From assembly GCA_001179505.1 (NCBI GenBank), contig CDMY01000421.1, forward strand, positions 1 to 64,000: DNA of 64,000 bases, read 5' to 3'. Position numbers and translations under genes: made by a program. This DNA is from Vitrella brassicaformis CCMP3155 (Eukaryota; Protista; Chromerida). Positions 13,695 through 27,056 of the stretch are shown here, piece after piece (position 1 is the first letter of the stretch; every line of letters starts with the position of its first letter). The notes under the pieces were generated by a model. That model was not told the DNA's origin. It saw only the letters and a program-made list of their open reading frames with translations, and made no database searches.

Positions 13695-13932
13695 GGAGAG
13701 AAGGATGCACTCACCATGGTGCTGTCTGTGTGGTTGCAGTGAACGTCTTCCACATAGCGTTCGGCGAGCCGCCGTTGCTGGAGGAGGAGAGCGCCGAGGA
13801 GCAGGCCTACGTCAAGGACATGCAGGACTTCATCAAGACGCAGAAGGCGCAGCTGGACGACCTGCAAGTGCGGATCGTCAACCTGCTGGTCCCTCAGGTA
13901 ACCAAGTGATACATGCAGCCATCCACCCACAC

Positions 13933-13967
<35 letters not shown>

Positions 13968-16900
13968 GAAAGGCTCCCAGGCTCCCACGCTACTTCTCGT
14001 TTATGCATGACCTGAGCTACGAAGAGTCACGACTCAGACGGTCAGTAACCCCCCTCCCACCTCCACACACACACATGGGGTGTGTGGCCTTGTGTGTCAT
14101 GACGACAGCGATATGCGGCCAACCTTCCCCCCGCTGCTGGAGTTGGAGCGGCTCGAGCAGAACTTCGATCTGCAGAGGCTGCCGGCCGTCGACCCAAACT
14201 GCCAGGCAATCCGTCGACAGCCGCACACCAGAGGCGACACACGAGGGTGTGGGTGTGTGTGTGTGCAGGTGTACCTGGGGAGCTCTAAGGCCAAGATGAA
14301 GAAAGGCCCCAGCCCACAGGTAGCCACAGACAGGCATCACACCTCCCTCCCTCCCTCCCTGTGTCAATCACTGTCAAGCAATGGGTCCGTCCATTTCTGT
14401 GCCTGCCTCCGTGTGTGTGTGATCCAATCCCATCAGACGGTGTATGTGCGATCTGTGAGCCACGACCGCAACATCTTTGGCAGCGAGGAGGCGATGCGCT
14501 TCATGGTGGACAGCCTTGACCAGGTGCAGCGGGCGATGCTCGATCCTCGGTAGGTACCTAGGCATTTCCGCTCAGACAGACAGTCTGGCTTGGTGTGCTG
14601 CTTGGTGTTTGTGTGTTGTGTGTGCGTCATTTTGATATGTGGGTCTCTCGATCTGTGCGTGCGTGTGTGTGTGTGTGTGTGTGTAGGGTCCAGAGCACCG
14701 CCTCCGGGCGGATCTACCTGCACGTGATCCCCATGTTCGAGGACACCACACCCCAACAGATGCAGCAGACTTTCGAGCGAATCATCATGGTACCCCTGCA
14801 GCCCTCACACCAACACCAACACAGACACCTCTCTCTCTCTTTCTCTCTGTCTCTCGGTGTGTGTGTGTTTGTGTGTGATGCAGGAGTTGCGACGCAGGTA
14901 CTCTGACCGTCTGCTCAAGCTGAGGGTTGACCAGATCGAGATTAAGGTACCCCCTGTGGCCACAATTACACCCTTCATCTGCGTCTGTGTCTGTGTGTGT
15001 CCATGATGCAGGCGCACATTCGCGACTCGGAGGGCAACAAGGTCATCCGTCTGGCGGCCAACTCGGAGGGCGGCAGCATGTGGCTCCAGACGGACGCTGT
15101 GCTCGAGACGCCAAACCCTATCACCGGGGAGCCCGTCAAGTTCAGACCCCTCAGTGGGCCGCAGGTCAGTCATTCCCAGATACACACACACAGACACAGA
15201 GAGAGAGATATAGTGTGTGCGTGTCTATGTGTGTGTAGGAGGTGACATTCGCGACGCCCTACCCAGCGATGGACAAAGTGGCCCTCAAACGGTCAGCCGC
15301 GCGACGGACGGGATCCACCTATGTCTACGACTTCCTGGGGCTCATCGAGGTACACACACACACACACCTCCCTCCCCCTCTCCCCCTCTATGCGATAGCT
15401 GTGTGTGTGTGTGTAGGTTGCGTTGATCCAGCGGTGGTCAGAGTACCTGAAGGACCTCTCGTCGCTCAAGGAGTCGCCTGCAGCAGCCGGCACCAAGGCG
15501 CCTGACATCGACGCTATACCTGAGGCACGTGTGTTCACACGCACACACACACAGACAGAGAGACAGAGAGAGATAGAGAGATAGAGAGCGTGTTGATGTG
15601 TGTGTTGGATGCATTGTCATGTCAGAATTTCTTCTCTGCCGTCGAGCTGGTGACGACGGACAGCGGCGAGTTGGTGGAGAAGCGGGACTGGAAGGTTGGG
15701 GCCAACACCATCGGCATGCTGGCCTGGCGATGCACACTCAAGGTCCGTCCGTGAGCATGCACCTACCAAGCAGCCACCCACCTACACACACATCTCTCTC
15801 TCCCTCTCTGTGTGTGCGTGGGTGTGTGCAGACGCCCGAGTACCCAGAGGGCCGCGAGATCGTCTTGGTTGCCAATGACGTGACCTTCCAGGTATCTCTC
15901 TCTCTGTCCTTATGTGTGTCCACCCCTCCGTCCATCTGTATGTCTGTGTCTGTGCTCCTACTTCTATCTATGTCAGGGCGGCTCGTTCGGGGTGACTGAG
16001 GACCTCTTCTTCCAGAAAGCCTCGCAATACGCCAGGGAGAGGGGGCTCCCGCGGATCTACGTCGCTTGCAACTCAGGTGCCCCTCCCAAGCCCCCCNNNN
16101 NNNNNNNNNNNNNNNNNNNNNNNNNNNNNNNNNNNNNNNNNNNNNNNNNNNNNNNNNNNNNNNNNNNNNNNNNNNNNNNNNNNNNNNNNNNNNNNNNNNN
16201 NNNNNNNNNNNNNNNNNNNNNNNNNNNNNNNNNNNNNNNNNNNNNNNNNNNNNNNNNNNNNNNNNNNNNNNNNNNNNNNNNNNNNNNNNNNNNNNNNNNN
16301 NNNNNNNNNNNNNNNNNNNNNNNNNNNNNNNNNNNNNNNNNNNNNNNNNNNNNNNNNNNNNNNNNNNNNNNNNNNNNNNNNNNNNNNNNNNNNNNNCCCC
16401 CCCCCCCCCCACACACACACACAGAGAGAGAGAGAGGGAGAGAGAGATGCACAGACCATGGTGCTGTCTGTGTGTGCAGGTGCGCGCATCGGCTTGTGGG
16501 AGGCGTTGAAGACCAAGTTCAGGGTGGCCTGGGTTGACCCCGGCAGCCCTTCGCTGGGCTTCAAGTACCTTTACCTCACCAAACACGACTATGACGTAAG
16601 TCAAGCGTGTGTGCTCGTGCCAGCGAGCCACACAGACACGCGCACACACGCACACACTCTCTCTCTCTCTCTCTGTGTGTCTGTGCCTGTGTCGTCAGTC
16701 GGTCCCCCCCGGCACTGTCAATGTGCATCCCGAGTTGGGCGAGGACGGCGAGACCAGATACGTCATCGACGACATAATCGGCGAGGGCCAGTCCATCGGC
16801 GTCGAAAACCTAAGGTGCCGACAGACAGACGGCCGTACGGACATCAGCCCTATCCATCGCACCACTCTCTTTCTTTCTCTCTCTCTCTCTGTCCGTGTGT

Positions 16901-19444
16901 GTCTGTCTGTGTGGCTGTTGACACACAGGGGTTCCGGCCTGATCGCCGGTGAGACCAGCCGCGCCTACGACGAGACCTTCACGCTCTCCTACGTCACGGG
17001 GCGGTCAGTGGGCATCGGGGCCTACCTCGTGCGGCTCGGCCAGCGCACCATCCAGATGATCAACGGGCCTCTGCTGCTCACAGGATACCAGGTAGGGTGC
17101 GTCTGTCGGTCTGCGCAGACCTCTGTGTCTGAAACTGGTCTCTCTCCCTCTCTCTCTCTCCCTGTGTGTGTGTGTGTGTGTGTGTAGGCGTTGAACAAGC
17201 TGCTGGGTAGGGAGGTGTACGCCTCACAGGACCAGCTGGGCGGCCCCCAGATCATGTACCAGAACGGCGTCTCGCACAACGTGGTCGAGAACGACCAGCA
17301 GGGCGTCAGGTGTGTACCCACCATCTGACACACACGTGCCACACACGCACCTGTGTGTGTGTGTAGGGAGATCCTCAAGTGGCTTTCTTATGTGCCCAAG
17401 ACGGCCAAGGACCTGCCGCCGCCACTCACGAGCGTCGACCCACCGTCGAGAAACGTGGAGTACGTGCCTCCCAGGTACCCACCCCCCCACACCCCCCCAG
17501 CACCCACACACCTGTCTGTGTGTGTGCGGATGGATGGACACAGCACACCGTACGACCCCCGTCACATGCTCGAGGGCACCACCCTCCCCAACGGCACCTT
17601 CCTCAGCGGCTTCTTCGACAGAGGATCCTTCACCGTAACCCTCTCCTCTCCCCCCCACAACACAGCCCCCCAACAGCACACCCATTCCCATTTGTGTGCC
17701 TGGCCTGTGTGTGTGTGTCTCTGTACAGGAGTACCTTGGTGGGTGGGGTAAGGGAGTGGTGGTGGGCCGCGCGCGGCTGGGTGGGATTCCGATGGGCTGC
17801 ATCGCTGTGGAGACGAGGACGGTTGAGGCGCGCATCCCTGCGGACCCCGCCAATCCTGAGTCGAGGGAGGCCGTCATGCCACAGGCCGGACAGGTACGTG
17901 TCTGTGGCTGGCTGGCTGGCTGGCTGTCTCACTGTCTGTCTGTTGATCACATGGATGGATGGATGGATGTGTGTGTGTGTGTGGCGGGGGACAGGTGTGG
18001 TTCCCCGATAGCGCTTTCAAGACCGCTCAGGTGCGTGTGGGCAGGCAGGGATGGATCAGCTGAGAGAGTGAGATGAGATGAGATGAGATGTGTGTCGATG
18101 TGTGTGCAGGCGATCGAGGACTTCAACCGGGCGGAGAACCTGCCCCTGATCATCTTCGCCAACTGGCGAGGGTTCAGCGGCGGCACCAGAGACATGTTCG
18201 GCGAGATCCTCAAGTTCGGCAGCATGATCGTCGATGCGCTCAGAACCTACCGGTCAGTCCCTCTCTCCCACACACACCCAGAGAAGGCCTACCGCAATCG
18301 ACTGCCATGGTTGCAGCCACCCGGTGTTCATATACATCCCGCCCAACGGGGAGCTCCGCGGCGGTGCCTGGGTGGTGGTGGACCCCACCATCAACGAGGA
18401 CAAGATGGAGATGTACGCTGACGTCGACTCGCGCGGAGGCATCCTCGAGCCGCCCGGTACGCGCGAAAAGACCCTCTCACCGCGTGTGTGTGAGCACCTT
18501 GATGTGTCGGTTGGGGTGGGTGTAGGCATCTGTGAGGTGAAGTTCCGGTCGGCCGATCAGATCGACCTGATGCACCGGCTTGACCCTGAGCTGAGGGAGC
18601 TGGACAAACAGCTGGAAGACTGCATGGTACGCATCACGCAGGGAGGGAGAGAGAGGGAGAGAGGGAGAGAGGTGTGTGCGTGTGTGTGCGTGGTTGATTG
18701 TATGTGTGTGTATGGTTAGGTGGACAGCGACGCGCTTGATCTGAAGGCAAAGATCAAGAAGAGGGAGGACGCACTCATCCCCCTCTACCTCCAGCTGGCA
18801 CACTCATACGCCGTATGCCGAACCACAACACAGCGCACCCACACGCTCGACGTGTGCCCCTCCGTGTGTGTGTGTGTGTGTGTGCGATCGACGACCGACA
18901 GGATCTGCACGACCGCGCCGGTCGCATGAAGGCCAAGGGTGTGATCCGCGATGCCCTCTCCTGGCCCCGCAGCCGCGACTTCTTCTACTGGCGCACACGA
19001 AGGAGGATGGCCGAAGACGCCATCCAGTGAGCGACCCGACCGATCTGACCGTCTGTCTCCACACATGGCTGGATGGATGGATGCGTGTGTGTATCAATCA
19101 ACAGAGACAGGGTGAGGAGGGTGCATGAGGCGCCGCTCGACAAGCCGGTTGACGAGGCCTTCGCCGACCTGCTGACGAGCAACGGTGTCGACCCCAACGA
19201 CGACAAGGCCGTCGCGGCATTCATCGAAAGTGCGCACATTCCCCCCCTCCCATCGCACACAGATGGGCAGGCCTCTACACACCTTCTCTCTCTTTCTCTC
19301 TGCGTGCGTGTGTGTCTCACAGGTGACAGCCCGCCTTTGCAGCAATGGCTGGATGAGTCAATAAAGAAGGCCGTCCTGCTGAAGACGGTAGACCTGCTGG
19401 AGCAACACGGGCAGCAGGACCTCATCGCACGGCTCAAGCCATGA
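7549..19444 (+). CDS. ACC1: Homomeric (multidomain) acetyl-CoA carboxylase, plastid-targeted
   Basis: Biotin carboxylase motifs ([59 protein letters not shown]), biotin carrier EVEAMKMIM, and carboxyltransferase motifs ([54 protein letters not shown]). The N-terminus [32 protein letters not shown] is a signal peptide plus a transit-like peptide. About 50 introns; stop TGA 19442-19444. Confidence 0.97.
16097..16396. other. Assembly gap (300 N) within an ACC intron
   Basis: The flanking exons join in frame (CNSG|ARIG), so no coding sequence is missing. C homopolymers flank both sides. Confidence 0.99.
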
Positions 19445-20636
19445 CTGACTGACTGACTGATCGGCCGACTGCATGACGTGGGCACACGCGACACGCCGCA
19501 CGAGTGCGTGTGTGTGTGGCGTGTGTGTGTATTTGTTAACTATTGCGATCTGTGTGCATGTCTGTCTGTCTGTGTGGAAACTCTCTGTGTGCCTGCGTGT
19601 GTGTGTGTGTGTGGGTGTGCGTGGGTGTGTGAGAGAGAGGGGGGTGGGGACATTTGAATCGGTCAATCGCAGAGAGAGGGATGGAGGGATGGAGGGAGGG
19701 AGATGTAGAGAGGTTTTTTCACCCACCCACCCACACACACACATGCACGCATCCACTCACACACATGAATGTGATCGCATCGCAGCGCGTCAGTGTGTGA
19801 GTGGGGAGGTGAGTGGCTGGGTGAGTGCGTCACTCGCTGGCTGCCTGAAATCAATAAGGGGCAGATTTTGTCCAGCCGAGCGACGCATTCACCCACACGC
19901 CCACTGCACACGCACGCCCGCACACATCTGGCTAGACAGACACACACGGCATTTTTTCTGCCTCCTTCCCCCTGCGTGTCTCTCTTGAGCTTTCATTTTG
20001 TCACTCACAGGTGCAGAGAAGGGCCTGGCCTGCATGACGGCCCCCTCGACATACATACCTGGTATGTATCACTTTCTAGCAATGCCCCCACCTGATGGCG
20101 CGCGTGAGCGTGCGAATGCATGTTCAGTCCGTCGTGTGAAATGCATGTCTCTGTCTGTCTCCAGCAGCCCTTCATGTGATTGATGTGCCCATTGTATGTT
20201 TGTATCTCTCGTGAGTGCCCTCTCATACCGTAGGACGGACATACTAGAGAGGACGGCCGGCCCCGCACTGCAGCCGCACACGCAGCTGGCCACATGCAGC
20301 ACCAGCACAGCCACAGGATTGAGGATAGAGACTTAGGCCGTACTTCTCACTCACTCCACCTATGCTATGCGTGTGTGGTCGGTATGTATGCCTCGACAGA
20401 CAGACAGACAGACAGACGCGCTCGAGAGACCAGTCAAGTGACGACGATGAATTCTTTGTCGCTCGCGACTAGGGACTGTGAGAGACATCCGTCCGTCGTG
20501 TCAAATAATGTCTGTGAAGTCTCTCTCGGCATGTCTGATCTCCATTAAAGCTCGCACCACACACATATGACCACACACACACACCCTCGCACACGCACGC
20601 AACACACGGATGCGTGGATGTCTCTCACATATTGAT

Positions 20637-21471
20637 TCACGCGCCCATGTCTTGGAGAACTGCCAGAGTCGACTGCGCATGGCCCCCCTTGACACGCACA
20701 TAGACCTCCTTGAGCTTCGCCAGCGCCATCTTGGTCAGCACGCGAGCCGTGTGCTCCTCACGAGTGCTGCTGCTCTGTGTGGTGGATGGGGTGACGCTCT
20801 GTGTGGCGGGGCTGTTGGCCGCCGATGACGACCCATGGCCGTCTTTCCTTTTGCTACTGGTGGGGGGCTTGTCCGTGGCTGGTGATGCTGCCGATGAAGC
20901 GATGGGGAAGACTTTGCTGCCGTGCAGCTGCTCGTTGGCCTGTGGGTCCACCCACACACACACACGCATGGCACACACATCGGTGTGTGTGTGGGTATGT
21001 GAGGCGGTGACTTACGAGGAGTATGCCCCAGAGTGCCCGTGTGTTGCGGTCGTCCATCTCGAGGGCGAAGCAGTAGTACTTGCGGGACAGCTCGTACTCA
21101 CCTGTGGCGTACAACAGCTGCACACGTCCACCCAATGCACACACGCCACCACACACACACACAGAGGGAAATGAGCGTCCAGAATGTGTGTGTGTGTGCA
21201 TTGGCAGGCGCGTACCTCTGCGTAAGTGATGACGTAGTAGGGGTTGCGGTGGTCGTACATCACCAGCTCCTCAAAACAAAACGTCGCCTTGCTCAAACTG
21301 ACACACCAATGATTGGTGCGTTCACACAGCACACTAGTGAGTAACCATGAGTGCAGCTGAGTGTGGCGGTCTCACTGACCAGTTGTCGCTGATGTAGATC
21401 TCGCCCAGCTCGTGCCACGCCTCAGTGTCTGTCACAAACTCCTCAAGATACCTGCAACCGATCACAGATAT

Positions 21472-21512
<41 letters not shown>

Positions 21513-22289
21513 GATGGCTGTCACGTGTGTACTATGAGTCACACGGGCTCACTTGTTGAGGTAGTCGACGCACTCGGCCATCCTCCGCTGCCCCTTGTAC
21601 AGCGCTATGAACCGCTTCCGCGTCAGCTACACACACACATACACAGGCGGCATGAAGGAACGATCGCCCGTGAGTGTCTCATTCATCTCTCCCCCACCAT
21701 GTCTTCCGGCTTCTCCTCGAGTATCTTCTGGTAGATTTGTTTGGCGCCCTGGTAGTCTCCCTGGGCCTCCTTGACCATGCCCTCCAGCCGACGCAGCCGA
21801 ATGCTGCCCGCAAACTTGGACCGCAGGGCTGACATGCAGTACTGACCAACGGAAACAACACACAGACAGACAGACAGACAGACGTGTGTGCCGGCCGGCA
21901 CTCACAAAAATGCGCAGACGTACGTCGATCCATTGTCTGTGCCCCATGTCGCAGGCAGCCAGCAGCACGTGCTCCAGAATCGTGTACACTGTGACATACA
22001 CAAACACACACCACATCCCGCGGTGCATCGATATGATATGTGTGGGCAAGATCTCCCCCTCTCTGTGTGCGCCCACGTTCGTCGTGCAGCCTGTTGGAGT
22101 ATCGCCGCAGCAGCTGAGATCCATACCGCAAGATCTCATCCGGACGCCTGCACGCCACGCAGACACCGCCAACAAACAAGGATGAGGCGCCTGTGCAGAG
22201 TGACGCCACTCCCACTCACACCCTCACCGTGTGCTCATGCGCTCCTTGAGTTTCCGCAGCAGCGTCATCTGCGTGCCCGCCTCATCCAT
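20637..22289 (-). CDS. EMC2: ER membrane protein complex subunit 2 (TPR protein, TTC35-like); the 5' end may extend further upstream
   Basis: Exons RRPDEILRYGSQLL, YTILEHVLLAACDMG, SIRLRRLEGMVKEAQGDYQGAKQIYQKILEEKPED, LTRKRFIALYKGQ, YLEEFVTDTEAWHELGEIY, KATFCFEELVM, ELSRKYYCFALEMDDRNTRALWG are colinear with known EMC2 motifs. Confidence 0.9.
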
Positions 22290-22691
22290 CTCGCCGACAC
22301 CCAACAGCCAGCAGGCCTGTGCTGATGCCCTGTCCTTCAGTAGAATGGCAATTGAACGTGACCGTAGCAAAGGTGCATAGATCCTCTTTCTACTCTGCCT
22401 CTCCCCTGCAGCTTCCCTGCCGGAGAGCGATTTCACGGAATGCCCTAAGCAACCTGACAGCCAAGTCCCATGTCTTTCACGCACAATCAAACGACGACAC
22501 GCAACAGGAATCACCCACGCACGCTCCACATGCACAGAGGAACCTAAGGAACACACTCACGAGGCCTCCAGGCCGAAACCCACGGCCGTTCGCTGAATAC
22601 GAGTCGTTTACTGGACTAAGTCGTAGATCTGGCCGAGTCGCTCCTGAGATGCGCCACCCCGAGCCTCCCCCACGCCGCAGCTTCCCTGACA

Positions 22692-22699
22692 TGCGAGCT
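22692..22699 (+). promoter_or_regulatory. TGCGAGCT candidate promoter motif (EMC2/DUF6816 divergent promoter)
   Basis: Exact motif 119 bp upstream of the DUF6816-like ATG. Confidence 0.5.
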
Positions 22700-22817
22700 C
22701 AAAATGCAGGTTGCGAATCTGTCGACTGCTTTGTCGTGGCTCGCTGCTATGTGGTGTGTCTGACCGCCACCTGCACTGCTGCAGTAGCCTGGATCTGCCG
22801 GGGCTTGACTCAAATCA

Positions 22818-24258
22818 ATGTGGTGCGTGCGATGGAGGCCAAGGCGGCAGCTGCTGCTGCGGTGGATGCTGATCAGCCTCGTCATGCCGCTCATCAACGC
22901 TCTCTTGCGGATGCCATCTCTGCTGCAAAGAGAGCACTCAGGTAAGAGGCACTCATTGATGTACCTCCAAGTTCCTCACTCTCTCTGTGTTGCGCATGCA
23001 GTGCGCAAGGTGTCCAAAAGGCGGCAGACCGTCACGCATTCAACGCATCATTGGAGTGGAGGCAGCTCCATGGACAGGCGGAGGCACCACATGCATGCAG
23101 CCGTATCAGCAGCAGCGGGTGGCCTCTTCTCTGCCGTCCTCCCATCCCGTGCTGCTGCCGCTGCTACCACTCTGCGTGACCGACTGGACTCCGCTTCCCT
23201 CTTGGTGCCTTCCCTCTTCACGCTGGGTCCGGGGCAGCGTATGTTGTATGTGCCGGAGTGGCTGTTTGGGACATTCACGACCACCATGCGCTTCATGGCA
23301 AGGTGAGGATGAGATGAGATGGCACATACGTGGGCAAATGTGTGATTCCTGTGTGTTGGATGGATGGGTGGGTGTGTGGATGGGTACAGGGACTATCCAC
23401 TGGGCGATGAGTATGTGCCCGACTACCTAAGAAGGGCGGCCGTCGAGCAAAAAGGCGACATACACACATACATGCAAAGGTGAGTGAGGTCCATCCATCC
23501 ACACACACAGAGAGGCCACATCCATATATGTGACCCACAGGTTCTACGGCACCATCCCCGACACGTTCGACAACAAACTGAAGACCACCCTCGGCCAGCT
23601 GCCCAAGAGCGCCATCGTTCCCGATCTCGCATTCAACGTCAAGGCGGCGCAGGACTCTTTCTCCGGCTACAGTGCGGTCGATAATGTCGACTGGGACATC
23701 CGGAACAACCCAGGCAGATACACCATCAACTTCGCAAGGGTGCGTGATGGACGAATGGCAGACAGACACACACTCCCCCCCGCTCTGTGTGTGTGTGTGT
23801 GTAGATTGGCCCCGATATGCGGCCTTTACCGCCTCGCAGGAAGGAAGTGTTCATCAACGGTATCCGCACATCAGACATATCATCGGCACAAGACAGCAGC
23901 AATGACGTCTTCGTCACATCGGAGTTCACTCGCGTCGTCTCCCTCGGTGAGTGCGCCACACACCACATGGGCGCCTTGTGTGCATAATCGTGTGAGTGCA
24001 GGTGTGCGTCTCGTCACAGCAACCGACGTCGAGACCCTCACAGAGTACGTTCACGAGAGGGATGGGCGTGTGGTTGGGCGTCAGCGGCTGGCGGTGTACC
24101 TGACGCCAAACCCCAACAACAGAGAGGGCAGTCTGTTCTTCCAGACAGGCGGCAAGGCCGTGGCTTTGTACGACTATGCCTTTGAGATGGAGAGGACGGC
24201 TGACAGGTGTGTGGTGACGCCCAAGCAGGTGGTGCAGTGCATTGCAGAAGATATATAG
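22818..24258 (+). CDS. DUF6816-like protein with a plastid/thylakoid-type presequence
   Basis: The spliced product ends RQRLAVYLTPNPNNREGSLFFQTGGKAVALYDYAFEMER, resembling the cyanobacterial/algal DUF6816 C-terminus as recalled (AVYL...PVALYRY). The N-terminus has a hydrophobic segment, a basic Ser/Thr-rich segment and an RRR...hydrophobic...AAA segment. Confidence 0.65.
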
Positions 24259-24689
24259 CCACACACACAGACAGGCAGATATATGGCGCGTGTAAAGAGG
24301 TGGATACTGGGCTGATGTGGCTGGATGGGTGTCCGTGTGTGTTGGTGCGCTGACTGTAGAGTAGCGAGTGGCCCCGTGACACATTGAGTGGGCGTCATCA
24401 CTCTTTGTGTCAGGTGGCCATCGAGCAGCCGACAGGCGGCACACAACACACGCCATGCAGCACATAAAGGAAAGAAGAGGCAGCTGCTTGTTTCTTTATT
24501 TCATGGCACTTTCAGACCTCTCTATCGCTCAGACCTCTCTGCCGCTGCGTGTGTGCCGACTCGTGTGCGCATCGATGGATGTGTAAATAATCATTTGCGC
24601 CTCTTGGCGGTGGTCTTCTTGCCTCTTTCTCGACAGACACAACTGGAGAGTTCGCATCTGTTGCAGGTTAATTTTTTATGACGGCATCG

Positions 24690-25027
24690 GGGGATGAGCC
24701 CGTGCTTCGCCGATCAGCTGCTTTCCGTTTACATCGTGACTCAACCTCGCCAAGCAAACTCGCCTTTTCGTCGCAAAACACCGTCAGAATGGTTCATCTC
24801 AGGACAATGTCATGACAAACAAAATGTCTGTATTTCTCCGTTCATTCACAGAGAGGTTCTTCGTCATCTTGCGGTCATTTTGAGCCATGAATGGTCGGTT
24901 TGGATGGCTGATTTGAGTCTCTTTGGGAGGTGACCCGGTTATCCGGTCCGTTTTTGATTGTGTACAGAGTGATTCAGCCCAGCTGACCCACATACGCAAC
25001 TGACCCGCTTATAAGGTCCGGACTGTA
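24690..25027. mobile_element. Possible non-autonomous DNA transposon relic (solo TIR-like end)
   Basis: Microsatellite-free intergenic block. On the minus strand it ends TACAGTCCGGACCTTATAAG and carries two TAAGYGGGTCAG-like words shared with the subtelomere. No matching second TIR was found. Confidence 0.3.
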
Positions 25028-25278
25028 GCTTTGGAAGGGTGAAGGCGTTTGTGTAGGCGTATAGAGACGTCCCTTGACGGATGGCTGCGCAGGCAACGAG
25101 CAGAAACACTGCTCTCCAAGCAGAGCAGAGCAAGCCAAGTCCCCCTTACCCCCACCCACAATCTCCCCCAAACCAGTCCACTTCATCCCCATCATCAACC
25201 CCTAATACTCTACACCTCACCCCACCGACCACACACACACGGCATACACACCAGCGGTGTGCTATGGGCTATGGTGTA

Positions 25279-26102
25279 TTATGTGGGCCCGTTCATGAGG
25301 CCCTCCTCCATCGCTGCCGCCGATGCGTCCAAGGCAGGCGGACCTCCACCGGCACTAGCGCCCATGGCCACGGCACTGCCGCCGCTGCCGCCGCCGCCCA
25401 AGACGCCTACACGACCACACACACACACAGAGAGACAGAGAGAGACACAGACAGAGATGGAAGCACCCCCGACACAACCCTCCCCAGCCTCCCTCCTCAC
25501 CAGGCTCTCTCATACTGCTGTCGCTGTCAGACGGGCCGGCTGCTGCTGCTGCTGCTGCTGCTGCCGCAGATGCAGAGGACGCTTGGTTGTTGTTGTTGTT
25601 GTTGTCACCGTCCTCCAAATTCTCCTGAAAGCGTCACACGTGAATGACACAATCGCCGGGTGGGTGTCTTGTTCGTCCGAGGGGAGGAGTCTCACTGGCT
25701 CACCCAGCTGCCTTCGACGCATTTGGCGACCCGCCGGTTGTACTCCCTCCGGTTCTCTGAGAACAGCTGAGCTGCCTCCTGCACACACATGGACACACAC
25801 ACATGGTGACGCCCACCCCACCCACAGCCACAAACCAGGCCTGTCTCTGTCGGTCGGTGTGGTTGGGGCTGTCAAGACGGTTTACCACATTGGCGGGCGA
25901 GTTGGGGTTGGGGTCTGACAGGAGCGACTGCAACACACACACACACACACACACACGCAGACGCACTCATGCAGGGAGGGATGCACTCGTGTGTGTGTGT
26001 GAGGATGCACTGACCTGGATGGATGTGAGGATGGCCGACACGTCGTAGATGGGGCTCCACTGGTTCTGCAGTATGTCCAGGCAGATCTGCCCGTCCGCAT
26101 AC

Positions 26103-26134
<32 letters not shown>

Positions 26135-26362
26135 GTCAGTGACACACAACACAGCTGCTGGGCGCCGTGCGTTCGCACGCACCGTTAGGATGGAACATTT
26201 TGGTGGAGAACATGACTGTCGGCGGTTTGTTTGGGTAGTCCTCGGTGAACTTGAAGTCGAGCTGGAACGTACCCCCCTCCCAAGGCGTGTCCTCGGGCCT
26301 TCAACACACAATGCCCCCCACACACGGCCGTGTGTGCATCTTTATCTCCCTCCCCCGCCCGA

Positions 26363-26400
<38 letters not shown>

Positions 26401-26629
26401 TGCCTGGCGTACCCGAAGATGACGGCGTGCCAGTGCATGATGTCCCCGTCGAGGGGCGCACCCGACACGCCGTGTGGGGGGTCATTGCTGATCTTCTTGA
26501 AGTCGCGAATCAAACGCCGCCGCTGAGATATATGTGAGAGAGAGCAACACACACACAACAGAGAGTGGTGGCGAAGGACTGATGTGTCGGGGGGAGGGAG
26601 GGTGGGGTCTTTACAGCGTATGTCGCCAT
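25279..26629 (-). CDS. RAD6: Ubiquitin-conjugating enzyme E2, RAD6/UBC2/UBE2A orthologue, with a low-complexity C-terminal tail
   Basis: MATYA|[35 protein letters not shown]|[30 protein letters not shown]|[28 protein letters not shown]; catalytic Cys present. Confidence 0.95.
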
Positions 26630-26824
26630 CCTCGATACGCAGATGCTTCTTGTGCGTACGCTTGACGCCCTCTTGACAATTTGTGCGGTCGTACACACCC
26701 ACACAGTCGAGTCGTGTAGACAGACGCCTCTACCAACGCAACGCAACCAACTCTGTGCTATCAACAGAGGCAACAGACTGACGTGCTCTTAACTGCTGCC
26801 AACACACCAAAACCCGACGATCTA

Positions 26825-26834
26825 TTTGCGAGCT
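26825..26834 (+). promoter_or_regulatory. TTTGCGAGCT candidate promoter motif (RAD6/GAR1 divergent promoter)
   Basis: 95 bp upstream of the GAR1 ATG and 196 bp upstream of the RAD6 ATG. Confidence 0.55.
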
Positions 26835-26928
26835 CGGAGAGGAGGAAGGCGAGAAGCAGCGTGGCACCACAAAAGCAGCTTCACACCCATCCGTCCGCCC
26901 ATCCATTCATCGGTCAAGATCAGTCCTG

Positions 26929-27024
26929 ATGAGTTTTCGCGGCCGAGGTGGAAGAGGAGCTCGGTCAGTCAGCAAATCAATCAACGTGACGATACATGGA
27001 CGGCATCCACACACTGCCCTCGCC

Positions 27025-27056
<32 letters not shown>

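Noticed and set aside
20005-20314. Possible small spliced gene between ACC and EMC2, near a TGCGAGCT copy at 20549
   Set aside because: Splice-like signals exist on both strands because of a local palindrome, but there is no convincing start or homology; needs RNA-seq.
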